The notes under the pieces: model-generated
Database searches by the model: none
What the model saw: only the letters and a program-made list of their open reading frames with translations
Told to the model about the DNA's origin: nothing
Program-made: the position numbers and the translations under genes
Shown: positions 10,830 to 22,392 of the stretch, one piece after another
How positions within the stretch are numbered: the stretch's first letter is position 1
Layout of the letters: every line of letters begins with the position of its first letter
From: Octopus bimaculoides
Lineage: Eukaryota
Assembly: GCF_001194135.2 (NCBI RefSeq)
Contig: NC_068993.1
Span: forward strand, 64,930,580 to 64,978,919
DNA: 48,340 nucleotides
Direction of reading: 5' to 3'

Positions 10830-11069
10830 TTACCTTGCTTCCAATTGGCACACGGTAGGTTACGACGACCAGTGTTCCTGTTGATCTGATCAACGGAACA
10901 GCTTGCTCGTAAATTTAACCTGCAAGTGACTGACCACTCCACAGACACGCAAACTCTTAACACAGTTCTTAGAGAGGTTCAGCATGACACAGAATGTGAC
11001 AAGGCTGCCCCTTTTGAATTACAGGTACTACTCATTTTTTCCAGCTGAGTGGACTGGAGCAACGTGAAA
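10830..11069 (-). mobile_element. SINE-like repeat, truncated by a gap
   Basis: Resembles a cephalopod SINE body recalled from memory (ccagctgagtggactggagcaacgtgaaa). No second copy is visible in the window. Confidence 0.45.
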
Positions 11070-11412
11070 NNNNNNNNNNNNNNNNNNNNNNNNNNNNNNN
11101 NNNNNNNNNNNNNNNNNNNNNNNNNNNNNNNNNNNNNNNNNNNNNNNNNNNNNNNNNNNNNNNNNNNNNATATATGTATATATATGTATATATATATGTA
11201 TATATATATATATATATTCGTATGTATATATACGTATGTATATATACGTATGTATATATGTGTGTGTGCGTGTGTGTGTGTGTGTGTGTGTATACATATA
11301 TATATGTATGTGTATATATATATATATGTGTATATATATATATATATATGTATGTATGTGTATATATATATATGTATGTGTGTATATACATATGTATGTG
11401 TGTGTGTGTATG

Positions 11413-11477
<65 letters not shown>

Positions 11478-11643
11478 AGAGTGTTAGGTGTGATGTACAG
11501 AAATAAATATTGAAAAAAAAGTAGTTAGAATTTTGGAATAACTTCTTTCATTTATTTTATACATATATTAGCACTTTCGTTCGTCTTTCGAACTTGTCAA
11601 ATACAATTCTGTGAAAATACAGAGATCTTGCTTATTTATATAA

Positions 11644-12010
11644 AAACAGGTGTTTTGGGGGGCTTTGTTTATAACAGAACATTGTTTTGTTTTTTTTGTG
11701 GGGTGAGGCTTTGGAGACAATGGAAGATGTATAAGTAGATAGATAGATAGACAGGTAGATAGAGAGGTAGATATATAGACTGGTAGTCAGACAGATAGAG
11801 AGATGGATGGGGTAAAAGAGAGAGAGAAGGGCCATTGTATTTTACCCCATTCATCTCTCTATCTGTCTGACTACCAGTCTATATATCTACCTCTCTATCT
11901 ACCTGTCTATCTATCTATCTACTTATACATCTTCCATTGTCTCCAAAGCCTCACCCCAAAAAAACAAAATAATGTTCTGTTATAAACAAAACCACCCAAA
12001 ACACCTGTTT
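11644..12010. repeat. Near-perfect long palindrome (arms ~172 bp, 22-nt loop)
   Basis: 11644-11817 is the reverse complement of 11840-12010. The inner ~115 bp differ at one position. Flanked by TA repeats. Confidence 0.95.
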
Positions 12011-13949
12011 ATATATATATATGTCCAAATTTTCCAACGAATCCATTCCTCATTAATGACCGTAGCTTGTGATTGGGAGAAAGTTGATTGCTATATCTAA
12101 TTTAATAAGTGCCCGAGCGGAAATTATCCATCCTTGACTCAAAGTAAATTATGGTGTTTTCTTGTATTCCCAAATCGGTTGGAGTTGACAAATTATGATG
12201 AAACGTGTTCCAGTCGTGACATTCTTGTGTCTTGTATTTAAGAGCCATATTATTTCTGTAAGTCCTTATCTTAAGAATGTGATGTGTTGCAGTTACATCT
12301 TTCATTTTTACCCGCCAGCCCAAAATACCTTTCAAAATTTATGGTTGCAGCTCATTTTTTTCGAACTCAGCATAAGAAGATTATGACCTCCACTAAAACA
12401 AACTGAGCACTTATATTTGCGTAGAGTATTTATGACATTTTCACTGTCGTAAATACTCTATCACCGAGTTCCTAGAAAAAGAAAAAAACTAAGCATATTG
12501 TCCTTCTTTGTAGACTAAAAACAATTATTTAACACATATAACGATGTGTTCAAAAATAAAACAAAAAAAAATAAACAGTTCTAAACTTATTATCCCAAAC
12601 TTCAATGTAACGGATGTCTAAACTATTCTTTTAATATGGTAATTTTATTTCCACAATGCGCCATTATTAACTTGATTACATTAATTCACTGATTTAATTA
12701 ATCCATTGAATGATTTAATTAATTCCATTGACAGACGATTTTTAATCAACGTAAATGCATTGTGGGACAGAAAGTCGTTCCGGTTCATGGAAATTCACTT
12801 CCATTTATTCCTTGCTTATTGTTTGTTCAACTTTCAACAAAAATCTCTGTTACATTGCTAAAACGAAACATAACTTGAGTAACTTAATCAGAACTCAGTC
12901 ATGGTGGTTGATCATTCTGGCGAAACTTTTAAATTAAGTAGTCGTGTTTCAATTTTTGATGATATATGGCAATTCACTTTATCTCTTAGCTTACACATGC
13001 ACATTCACACCCCATATACATGTATGTAGATGTGTACAGAGATACAAAGATGTGTGTGCATGCGTGCGTGAATTCCCATATATGTGGCTGCACTAAATAC
13101 GCACACCACACATGGTCTGCATAATACATGTAGACGGCGCCGTTATGTATATTAATATTTTTTTGTTTTAATGCATATCTTTCCATATACCTCGATTTCA
13201 ACGGTGCACACGTCCAATACACACACACACCGACTTAGAAATACTGCTACTGAAAGATGTGCGCCAATAAATCCCAGCTAATCCATATTAATGTAAGGGA
13301 AACAACCAACGCCAAAAGTCCCTGGATAATTACCTCCCCTGAACTTTCTATTTTCTTAATCGTTTATTGGACGACTGCAACTCGTTTTGCCAATAGACTA
13401 CCATACACTAAAGGTTCATAAGTAAATACTGTGCCCGATGTAATTAGAAATTCCTAGCAATGTTACATATTGAAATATGTAAGTTGATCTATCCAAAAGT
13501 ATTTCACTGCTAAACATAGTCGGTATGTAAGTAATGTTAATGGTTAATGATTCGAATGTGATTCTGAAGGTGGAGTAATACTGCTGAAATATGAAAATAC
13601 CCTCATTATTTCTCTCTCGCTCTTCGATCGTATTGTTTTCAGACATATTTGGATAGGAAACATAACTTTCAGTGCTCTAAATCTATAGAAAATCTGTTGA
13701 GATAAAAGTTTAAAAAGTTATAATCTATGTATTTCTATGCCACTTCATGAAGTCTCATAAAATCCAACGGAACCTAAAATTCTAAACGGTTTCACCATCG
13801 TGTGGAGCATTTAGGGAATCGTGGTATACAAAACGGATCGACCTTTACCTTACAGATATAAATCCACGCTTAAAAGAAAAGTGTTTAGACACCAATGCGG
13901 TGTTGAACTCTCATTCTCTCTGTTCACATTTATTACATATTTCTTTATC

Positions 13950-14384
13950 CTTTACTTGTTTTAGTCATTGGATTGTGACCATGCTGGAGCAGCACCAACT
14001 TGAAGGGGCCGAGTTGAACAAATCGACGCCTTTACTTCGAAGCCTAGTACTTAGTTTATCGGTCACTTTCGCTTTAGCACTAAATTACAGGGGTGAAAAC
14101 AAACCAATACCGTTTGTCAAGTAGATATCGGGGACAAACACAAAGACACATATTGAGAGAGAGTGGGGAGAGACAGACACGCACACACATACATACAAAT
14201 ATACAGACAGACAAGATGTTGGGTGGGGGTACAAACAGACACACATATACACACACACACACACATATACAGACAGACAAGATGTTGGGTGGGGGTACAA
14301 ACAGACACACACATATACACACACACACACACACATACAGACAGACAAGATGTTGGGTGGGGGTACAAACAGACACACACATAT

Positions 14385-14429
<45 letters not shown>

Positions 14430-14780
14430 NNNNNNNNNNNNNNNNNNNNNNNNNNNNNNNNNNNNNNNNNNNNNNNNNNNNNNNNNNNNNNNNNNNNNNN
14501 NNNNNNNNNNNNNNNNNNNNNNNNNNNNNNNNNNNNNNNNNNNNNNNNNNNNNNNNNNNNNNNNNNNNNNNNNNNNNNNNNNNNNNNNNNNNNNNNNNNN
14601 NNNNNNNNNNNNNNNNNNNNNNNNNNNNNNNNNNNNNNNNNNNNNNNNNNNNNNNNNNNNNNNNNNNNNNNNNNNNNNNNNNNNNNNNNNNNNNNNNNNN
14701 NNNNNNNNNNNNNNNNNNNNNNNNNNNNNNNNNNNNNNNNNNNNNNNNNNNNNNNNNNNNNNNNNNNNNNACACACATAT

Positions 14781-14825
<45 letters not shown>

Positions 14826-14985
14826 CGACGGATTTCTTTCAGTTTCCGTCTACCAAATCCACTCACAAGGCTTTGGTCGGCCCGAAGCTATGGTAGAAGA
14901 CACTTGGCTAAGGTGCCACGCAGTAGGACTGAACCCGGAACCATATGGTTGGTAAGCAATCTACTTACCACATAGCCAGAGCGCG
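13950..14985 (-). mobile_element. tRNA-derived SINE with an expanded internal microsatellite/minisatellite and a gap
   Basis: Minus-strand head tggctatgtggtaagtag...ggttccgggttcagtcc (A/B-box-like) at ~14920-14985; the 3' half at 13950-14170 matches 1650-1860. Confidence 0.7.
14200..14400. repeat. Three tandem 66-68 bp units
   Basis: acaagatgttgggtgggggtacaaacagacacac begins at 14211, 14277 and 14345. Confidence 0.9.
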
Positions 14986-15169
14986 GGCTACTAACCACAA
15001 GATTCCGAGTTCGATTTCAGACAGTGACTTGAATAATAATAATAATGATAACAACAACAACATCGAAAAATACCTTAGGAATGAGAACCCAGGTTAGAAA
15101 TTTCCCCAAGACACCTAATGAAAGCTGGAGGTAGCGAAAGGTCCCGCCTAATAACGACACTGATGGAGA

Positions 15170-15530
15170 TTGAAAAAAAGGCTGCAACAATCCTATGTGA
15201 GGGAGAGAGCAGACAAAGAAGCCTGGGTTATAAAAAAACATTAAATCAAACCCAAAGGCCTTCTTTCACTACGCAAAAGAAACAGCCTCAGTACGCTGCA
15301 AGATTGGACCCCTCTTCGAAAAGGATGGCTCCCTCACAAACAGTCCAACTAGGATCAGTGAGGTACTGAATGAGCAGTTCAAAGTGTCTTAACCACTCCG
15401 TTGGAGCACAGACAAGTGAACGAACCAGTGGACTTCTCCCCCCTCCCACCCTATCACTAGTGAGGCAGTTATGATGGAATACATCAACATTAGCAAAGAA
15501 GATGTACTACTAGCTATAGATGAAGTGTAT
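15170..15530 (+). mobile_element. CR1-clade LINE fragment (EN-RT linker)
   Basis: Manual translation gives IKSNPKAFFHYAKETASVRCKIGPLFEKDGSLTNSPTRISEVLNEQFK, typical of the CR1 ORF2 linker. Confidence 0.75.
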
Positions 15531-16739
15531 ATCTGAAAATAAACTCATGGTAGCCATTTGCACATCACGAAATAATACTTAAAGAACATAACCATTGTAC
15601 CAGCAAGGTATATACTATACTTCCTTAATTATCTCCAATTTATTTAACACGAAATTAATTAAATATGAAGGAACTATCCGTGTTTCAGTATTGGAAAATT
15701 ACAATATATATACATACACAGAATTTTATATATATATATATACATATGCAATCATCCGATTTATAATTATTCTAACACATCATCAATTTCTTTTTCAAAA
15801 TATTATAAATCTAATTTTACATCTCTTTAAAAATATACATATATAAAGAAGCATTGGTTATAGAACGTTTATAAAAAGCATTGGTTATAGAACAAACATT
15901 AAATTTGTGTCAACGACTTTTATATACAACACCACCCCCTCAAACATTTAATCATATATAAAAAAAAAAAACACCACGCTCTACAAACACAAACAAAATA
16001 ATACACATACATAAAATCACAGAATGTAAAAATATATTCTAATAAAATATAAATAGAACTGCTTATCAAATTTAAATATTACGACTAAAAATTCATAACT
16101 ACCAGAAAGCATAATGGACAAATATAAAATAAATAAAGATGAAAATAAACATAGAATAAGTGACCACCGACTAAAAAGATTTTATCAGACGATTAAAATA
16201 TTTTTTTTAATTATTTTAAAAAAATATTTGAAAAAGTCTTTTACTTCCCTGAATCAGGTACGTCCAAAGTCCATAAGTAAGCTGACTTCCACAGGTTAAA
16301 TTCACATACATCTTGAAAAAAGTCTTTTACTCCTTCCACACAAGTACATCCAAAAGTTCATAATAAACAGATATCACCGGTCAAATTCAACATTCACATA
16401 TATCTAAGGCCAAATTTCGGGAGCTCACCACTGCAGTTCATTTACACTAAAGTGCATCATGACGACGACCCCCACCAACAGCATAAACATGAAACATGCA
16501 CAGATCAGAACTTTTATGAAAAGCTAATACCTTTCAATGAAAAGCTTATATAATTTAAGAAAAACCCATCAGCGGACCAGTCCAAATCTATTAAAAAAAA
16601 AAAATTATTATTGCTAAACACTCAAGTTGTTGTAGTTAACAGAAATTTAACCTCGCCGGTTTCAAATCCCTGTAACGCTAAACAATTTTTTATTACATCT
16701 ATTTTGAAGTATTGTTTTTTTTGTGTGTGTTTCTTGCTT

Positions 16740-17912
16740 TGCAGCGGTTGACCGGCTGTGCCTTCTCTGTTTTTATTGAGAGATGGTGATACGTGCAAGT
16801 AAGATGTTGTATTCGGACCTGAGTGGGTCCGAATTATCCTCTTCGGGGGAGGAATTGTTGAGCGCGGTGAACAGGATGGACAAATGCCTGGAAAAGGGAA
16901 GCTATGCGGAAATAACGGAGGTGAGAAGAAAGGAGATGAATTTGGCCAACGTGGAGAAACACGAAAAGATGGCTTGCAGGGTGGGTGGGGACATTAGATT
17001 GTCACCGCCACAGAAAGTGATGGAAGATATGGCAAAAAGAACAATTGTATATAAAGTTTACTCAGTAGAAGAAAAAAAAAAAAAAAGATTAGCCATGTAG
17101 GGACCGAAACGATTGAGAAGGTGTTGGGTGAGGTAAGATAGGACATTGTATTTTTAGCAAGAGACATTAAATTGTATGGGACAGTGATCGTCCAATTTAA
17201 GACAGAAGAAAGAAAGAACAAGGAGGAATGCGGCTAACGCGCTGAAGACGAATAAAGTGGTCCTTCTGCCTATGTATCTTGGAAGAAGAAATTCCAAGAT
17301 TAGGGTAGAAGGAATCACACCGAGCCGAGATGTGGCTTGGGTCGCCAGCTATACCCTTTCAGGCCCACCGCTACCTCCGCAGACACCAATCCCACCCATT
17401 CCCCTCCTACACAGAGAAAAAGAAAAACAGTCTCAATAGAATGTACAAAAAATTTCCCCCCGGTGATATAGTTTATGCTAATATAATTACAGAAGAATTC
17501 CAAGAGGAACTACGTGGGAAAATATCAAGTGTGTAGAGTTAACGGGATTGCACGAACAATCGTGTAGGATGGCACCAGCGTAAACTGGTGCCAGAGGAAC
17601 AAAAGGAAGAAATGGATAAATTTAAGAAAGTACAGGACTGTCGGAGGATAAAGCATGGATATTAATAAAATAACCAGACAATGTGACATAGCAGGAGCTA
17701 AAGAAGGAATACGGTGTTGATATACAGAAAGACTCGGAGATTTAAAAACATAAAATGGAAGTAATGCTGCTTGACGTGCAGCAACCAACACATTTTCATA
17801 TTGCCATTCGTATTATCATACGTTTTGTTTTAATTTTCAATTTTATTTATTTCATGTTATGTGTCCCCACATGCTTTTTGTGTTGTCCCTTCTGTGTTGG
17901 CTCACTCTGGGT
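16740..17912 (+). mobile_element. Tx1-like element with a decayed ORF1 and 3' tail but no recognisable ORF2
   Basis: ATG at 16783. After frameshifts: DIVFLARDIKLYGTVIVQFKTEE and VLLPMYLGRRNSKIRVEGITP, aligning with 6801-6989. The tail tgtcccttctgtgttgg...aagaaagaaa resembles the Tx1 tails at 7410-7440 and 7770-7800. Confidence 0.7.
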
Positions 17913-18130
17913 AAGAAAGAAATATTAAAAGTTTTTGATTTGTGTATGTTTCATGTTTATACTGGTGGTGGTGGGGGATCATCGCCGTGATGCACTTTTT
18001 TTAGTCGGAGGACACTTATTCTATGTTTATTTTATTTTTTCCAGTAGGCTTCTTGATACTTTTGAATTTTCAGTCGTTATATGTAACTTTTGATCAGCCA
18101 TTCTATTTGTATTTTATTAGAATATATTTT

Positions 18131-18790
18131 GGATCTTGTTCAAAACGGGGGCACCAGTTTTCATTTATGTTTTATGTAGTGTTTTTGGTACCGAAAGACT
18201 TTCAAACTTCGTATACTTATCTATTTTGTGTTATAGAACAGAAAAAAAATTTTGTATTCGAATTTATTTCATGTAAAAAATTGTCTTATTTCGATAATTT
18301 CAACCAATCACTGATAAGTATTCAGCTGTTTATACTTACTCCTTTGGCAGTTTAAGCGGTGTAAAGAGTATTTAATCTCCATTACTTCTGACATTTTGCA
18401 GAAGGAACACACGTGTGTTCATTTTCCTTAACCGACTTGCTCCTTCCTTCAAAAACCAGGCCTTGTGCCTATAATAGAAAGGTTTATTAGCTACTGCCAA
18501 TATGCTTCAGCCATTTTTTGACAAGGAATAATAATTTTATCACCGCCAGAATCGTTTGAGAATCGTTTGTTTACGTAGTCAGCACTTAATGTATTCGGTT
18601 GAATGGACGTCAGTCATTGGTTGAAATTACAGAAATACGACAACTTTAACATGAAATAACTTGCGATGTACGTTTTTTTGTTAAGAAGACTAAGAGAAAA
18701 AGATGTTTTATATGACACATTCTACCAGTGTCCCAAGTTTCAAAGTGTTTCGTTAAGAAAATACTGGTGCCCCCGTTTTGAACAAGATCC
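18131..18790. mobile_element. Non-autonomous DNA transposon with GG-starting 28-bp TIRs and an 8-bp TSD (Merlin-like)
   Basis: TIR ggatcttgttcaaaacgggggcaccagt at 18131-18158 and 18763-18790. TSD tatatttt at 18123-18130 and 18791-18798. The superfamily assignment is an inference from TSD length and the GG terminus. Confidence 0.85.
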
Positions 18791-19041
18791 TATATTTTTA
18801 CATTCTGTGATTTTATGTATATGTATTATTTTGTTTATGTGTTTGTAGACCATAGTGTTTTTTATCTATGATTAAATGTTTGAGAGGGTGGTGTTGTATA
18901 TAAAGTCGTTGACCCAAATTTAATGTTTGTTCTATAACCAATGCTTCTTTATCTTCGTCTCATTTATATTTGAGCATTTCTTTTGAAGTCCTATAAACCC
19001 TTTTGCTTCTAATAGAAGAAATTTTTCTTGTTGTGTATATA

Positions 19042-20220
19042 CGAGGGGTATCGGAAAAGTTTTGAGCCTAACCTAGAATCGGGGCTGCTATATAGTTGAA
19101 ACAATTTTTTCTGGTAAGTACAGTCTTTTCGGGGTATTCTTGCACATTTTCATGATTCTGATATTTTAATTTTTTTTGTTGCAGATTTTTAAATAAACAA
19201 GTGCCAAGGTTACAAGGAAAATGGAGAAAACTGAGTCTCGTGCTGTCATAAAGGACCGTCATTTGAAAGGCATGACTCCATCAGAAATCCATGAAGATAT
19301 GGTGAGAACCTTAACAGACAATGCTCCTTCATATGCAACAGTCAAAAGCTGGGTAAATGAATTCAAGCATAGCAGGGAGAGTGTGGAAGATGATCCCACA
19401 CCAGGGAGACCTCCAACTGCAACCACCGAGGGCAACATTGACCTTGCTCTGGGTATGATAATGCAAGATCGTTGAATATCATGTCGTGAGATAGCCGAGA
19501 GACTGAGCATGTCAACTGAAAGAGCAGACAACATTGTGACAAAAAAACTTGGGTTCTCAAAGGTTTCTGCAAGGTGGGTCCCGCACCTTTTGATTCTTGA
19601 ACAGAAACGCACCAGGTGCACTTTGTCCACGAGCAATCTGGAACTGTTTGAAGCTGACGAAGAGAATTTTCTTGCTCGTTTCATTACTATGGACGAAAGT
19701 TGGGTTCATCACTACCAGCCTGAAACCAAAGAACAATCAAAGAAGTGGAAGCACACATCTTCTCCTACCCCAAAGAAGGCCAGGATCATTCTTTCAGCTG
19801 GAAAGGTCATGGCGTCCATTTTGGGGGATTCTCAAGGTGTCTTGCAGATTGATTACCTTGAAAAGGGTCACACCGTGACAGGGCTGTATTATTCTCAGCC
19901 ACTGAAATGCCTCCGAGAAGCAATCAAAGAAAAAAGGCTGGGAATGCACACCAGGGGAGTCCTTTTTCATCACGACAATGCTCCAGCCCACACCTCAGTG
20001 GTTGCCATGGCAACAATTCGTGATTGTAGATACAAACTTGTTCTCCATCCGCCTTATTCGCTAGACTTAGCCCCCTCTGACTTTCATTCATTTCCAAAAA
20101 CGAAAAAAAGACCTGGCTGGTCGCCATTTTGCCAGTGACAATGACGTCATAGACGCTATAGGAAGTTTCTTGGACTCTCAAACAAAATAGTTTCCTCTAC
20201 ACCGGGATAATGGCACTTCC
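19042..20220 (+). mobile_element. Mariner transposon lacking its 3' TIR
   Basis: TA|cgaggggtatcggaaaagttttgagcct left TIR followed by a mariner transposase. No reverse complement of the TIR is found downstream. Confidence 0.9.
19221..20200 (+). pseudogene. Mariner DD34D transposase pseudogene
   Basis: ORFs 19221..19475 and 19509..20138 are in the same frame, split by a TGA (DR*I, probably CGA->TGA). Motifs GRP, WVPHLL, ITMDESW, HHDNA and HPPYSLDLAPSD are present. A frameshift near 20105 precedes LAGRHFASDNDVIDA. Confidence 0.92.
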
Positions 20221-20221
20221 A

Positions 20222-20510
20222 ATATGTATATACATATGTGTATATACATATGTATATACACATATGTATATACATATGTATATACACATATGTATATACA
20301 TATGTATATATTACATATGTATATATTACATATGTATATATACATGTATATACATATATATATATATATATACATATGTATATATTACATATGTATATAT
20401 TACATATGTATATATTACATATGTATATATACATATGTATATACACATATGTATATACACATATGTATATACACATATGTATATACATATGTATATATAC
20501 ATATGTATAT

Positions 20511-20545
<35 letters not shown>

Positions 20546-20555
20546 CATATACATA
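20222..20555. repeat. Self-complementary AT-rich minisatellite (TATACATATGTA-type units)
   Basis: Tandem 12-14 bp units built on the palindrome tacatatgta, grading into (CA)n/(TA)n. Confidence 0.9.
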
Positions 20556-20829
20556 TTTTTCTGTAGTTTCAGCTCAGAGCTGTGGCCATGCTGCAGCACC
20601 ACCGTTTTGCTACACTGATATTACTGAGAGCCTCCTCTAATATGTGGCATTTGGTGAAGAATGGAGTTTGATGTAGCTACCCTCATTTGCACCTATTGCC
20701 GTGAGGTAGGTTCATCTCGGACTCTCAACTCGGAGATTGTTGTAGATTTTGATTCCAAAATTTGGAGCTAGACCCTCCATTATTTTCCACGATGATGATG
20801 ATGATGATGTATACCACTGCATATCTCTC

Positions 20830-22210
20830 ACATCTCCTCTCTAGGAAGTAGAGTCCCAGTTCCTTCAGCTTCTCCCAGTAGCCCCATGTGTTTTACTGAG
20901 TCTTCTATGCGTAGCGGCGTTGGATCACCTTTAATTCCGCAATTAGTTTTACACTCTGTGGGAACCACAGTTGAGAGCAGTAGTCCAGACGATTGAGGAC
21001 AAAGGTTCTCCAAAGCAGAAGCATTGTGTCTCTGTTCCTGGTCCTGAAGGATCTAAGGATCCAACCTGCCACCCGCCTACATAGTGTTGCCATTTGAACA
21101 ATGCGAACATGGAAAGTTGGCTCATGTGGATTCCCAGTTCACGCACCGACTCTAAACTCTGGGACTACATTGCCTGCTGGTCCCGTACCCTTCAGCCGTA
21201 GTTTGTTTGTGGGCTGATAGCGAAGTGTTTGAAATTTTGTGCCATTGAACTGCATATTGTTCTCATCGGCCCATTTATATATTGCATTCAGGACGTCAGT
21301 AGGATCTTTGACCACCTACGATACTTTTGTATCGTAGCTGGGGAATGTGGCTGACTCTATGGTTGTTCGAGAGAGCAACCACAAACAATAGTGGTCCAAG
21401 CACTGTTCTCCAGGGGAATCTGCTGGGGATTGGCATCACTTCAGAGAGTGCACCATTTGCTGTAACAGCCTCACTTCTGCTCCTTAGGAAATCATGCAGC
21501 CCCTCTCCCAGTTTACCAGCGATACTGAGGTCAGTGATACTGCAATTTGTGACATATCATTCCATGATCGACTTTGTCAAATGCCTTAGCAAAGTTGAGA
21601 TATATTACATCCACATTTGAATTGTTGAGCTGTTGTTTTAGTACCCAGTCGAAGTATTGTAGCAGCTTCATTGGACAGCTCCTTCCAGGACGGAAATCAT
21701 GTGTGTCTACAAGCAAGTCATTTTCCTCTAGGAACATGATCAGTCTTTTTCTGACAATGCGTTCTATGATTTCGCTCACATATGAGGTCAGAGAGACAGA
21801 CCTGTAGTTTATAACATTTGTTCTGCTTCCTCATTATTATTCCTTTTTTTAACATTTGTTCTGCTTCCTCATTATTATTCCTTTTTTTAACATTTTTTAA
21901 CATTTGAGGAAATGTACCACATTCAAGTGGTTCTGCAAGAGCTTTCCTGCATGCTTTTAACAGAATTGTTAGGAGTCCATCTGGGCTTGTTGCAGAGTTT
22001 GGGTTTATTTTTTCAATGGACAAGACAACCTCTTCTATAATGTCAATGTAATTGATGGTCACTTTTTTTTTTCTCTTGTAGGTTAGAGGTATTGAAGAAC
22101 TCATCAGGTCTGCTTATTTTCATGTTTTCTAGAGGGGAGGTGAAACCACTTGGAATTGTTTATTAAGTGCTTCACTTATCTTCTCAGGGTCTGCAGCCAG
22201 TGAGCCCTTT
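20830..22210 (-). mobile_element. Decayed CR1-clade LINE (RT region)
   Basis: Fragments SATSPDGL, NYRSVSLTS, FRPGRSC, VDVIYLNFAKAFDKVDH, WILRSFRTRNRDTMLLLWRTFV...LDYCSQLW...IQRR. Contains a 38-bp tandem duplication at 21813-21888. Confidence 0.88.
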
Positions 22211-22392
22211 ATTCAAACAGTGGCCCTATCCTGTATTGCACTGAGACAGACTCTTTTGTGACCTTGTACATATATATGCATACATACACACATATATATA
22301 TATATAGATATGCATACATGCACACATACATATATATGCATAAATACACACATACATATATATAGATATGCATACATACACACATACATATA

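Larger units (their letters stand above)
15845..18953. repeat. Large inverted repeat / foldback-like element containing nested insertions
   Basis: Left arm 15845-16178 plus 16448-16515 is the reverse complement of right arm 17913-18130 plus 18799-18953; the right arm is split by the 18131-18790 MITE. Confidence 0.8.

Noticed and set aside
13416-13646. ORF with TYIP and SNYIGHSIY, loosely like GPCR TM6/TM7
   Set aside because: No NPxxY or DRY motif, no extendable frame and no splice support. A profile search would be needed.
15105-15545. Possible Penelope hammerhead split by the CR1 fragment (cctaatgaaagctgg ... gtatatctgaaa)
   Set aside because: The core is mutated (CUAAUGA) and the link relies only on my memory of a repeat consensus.
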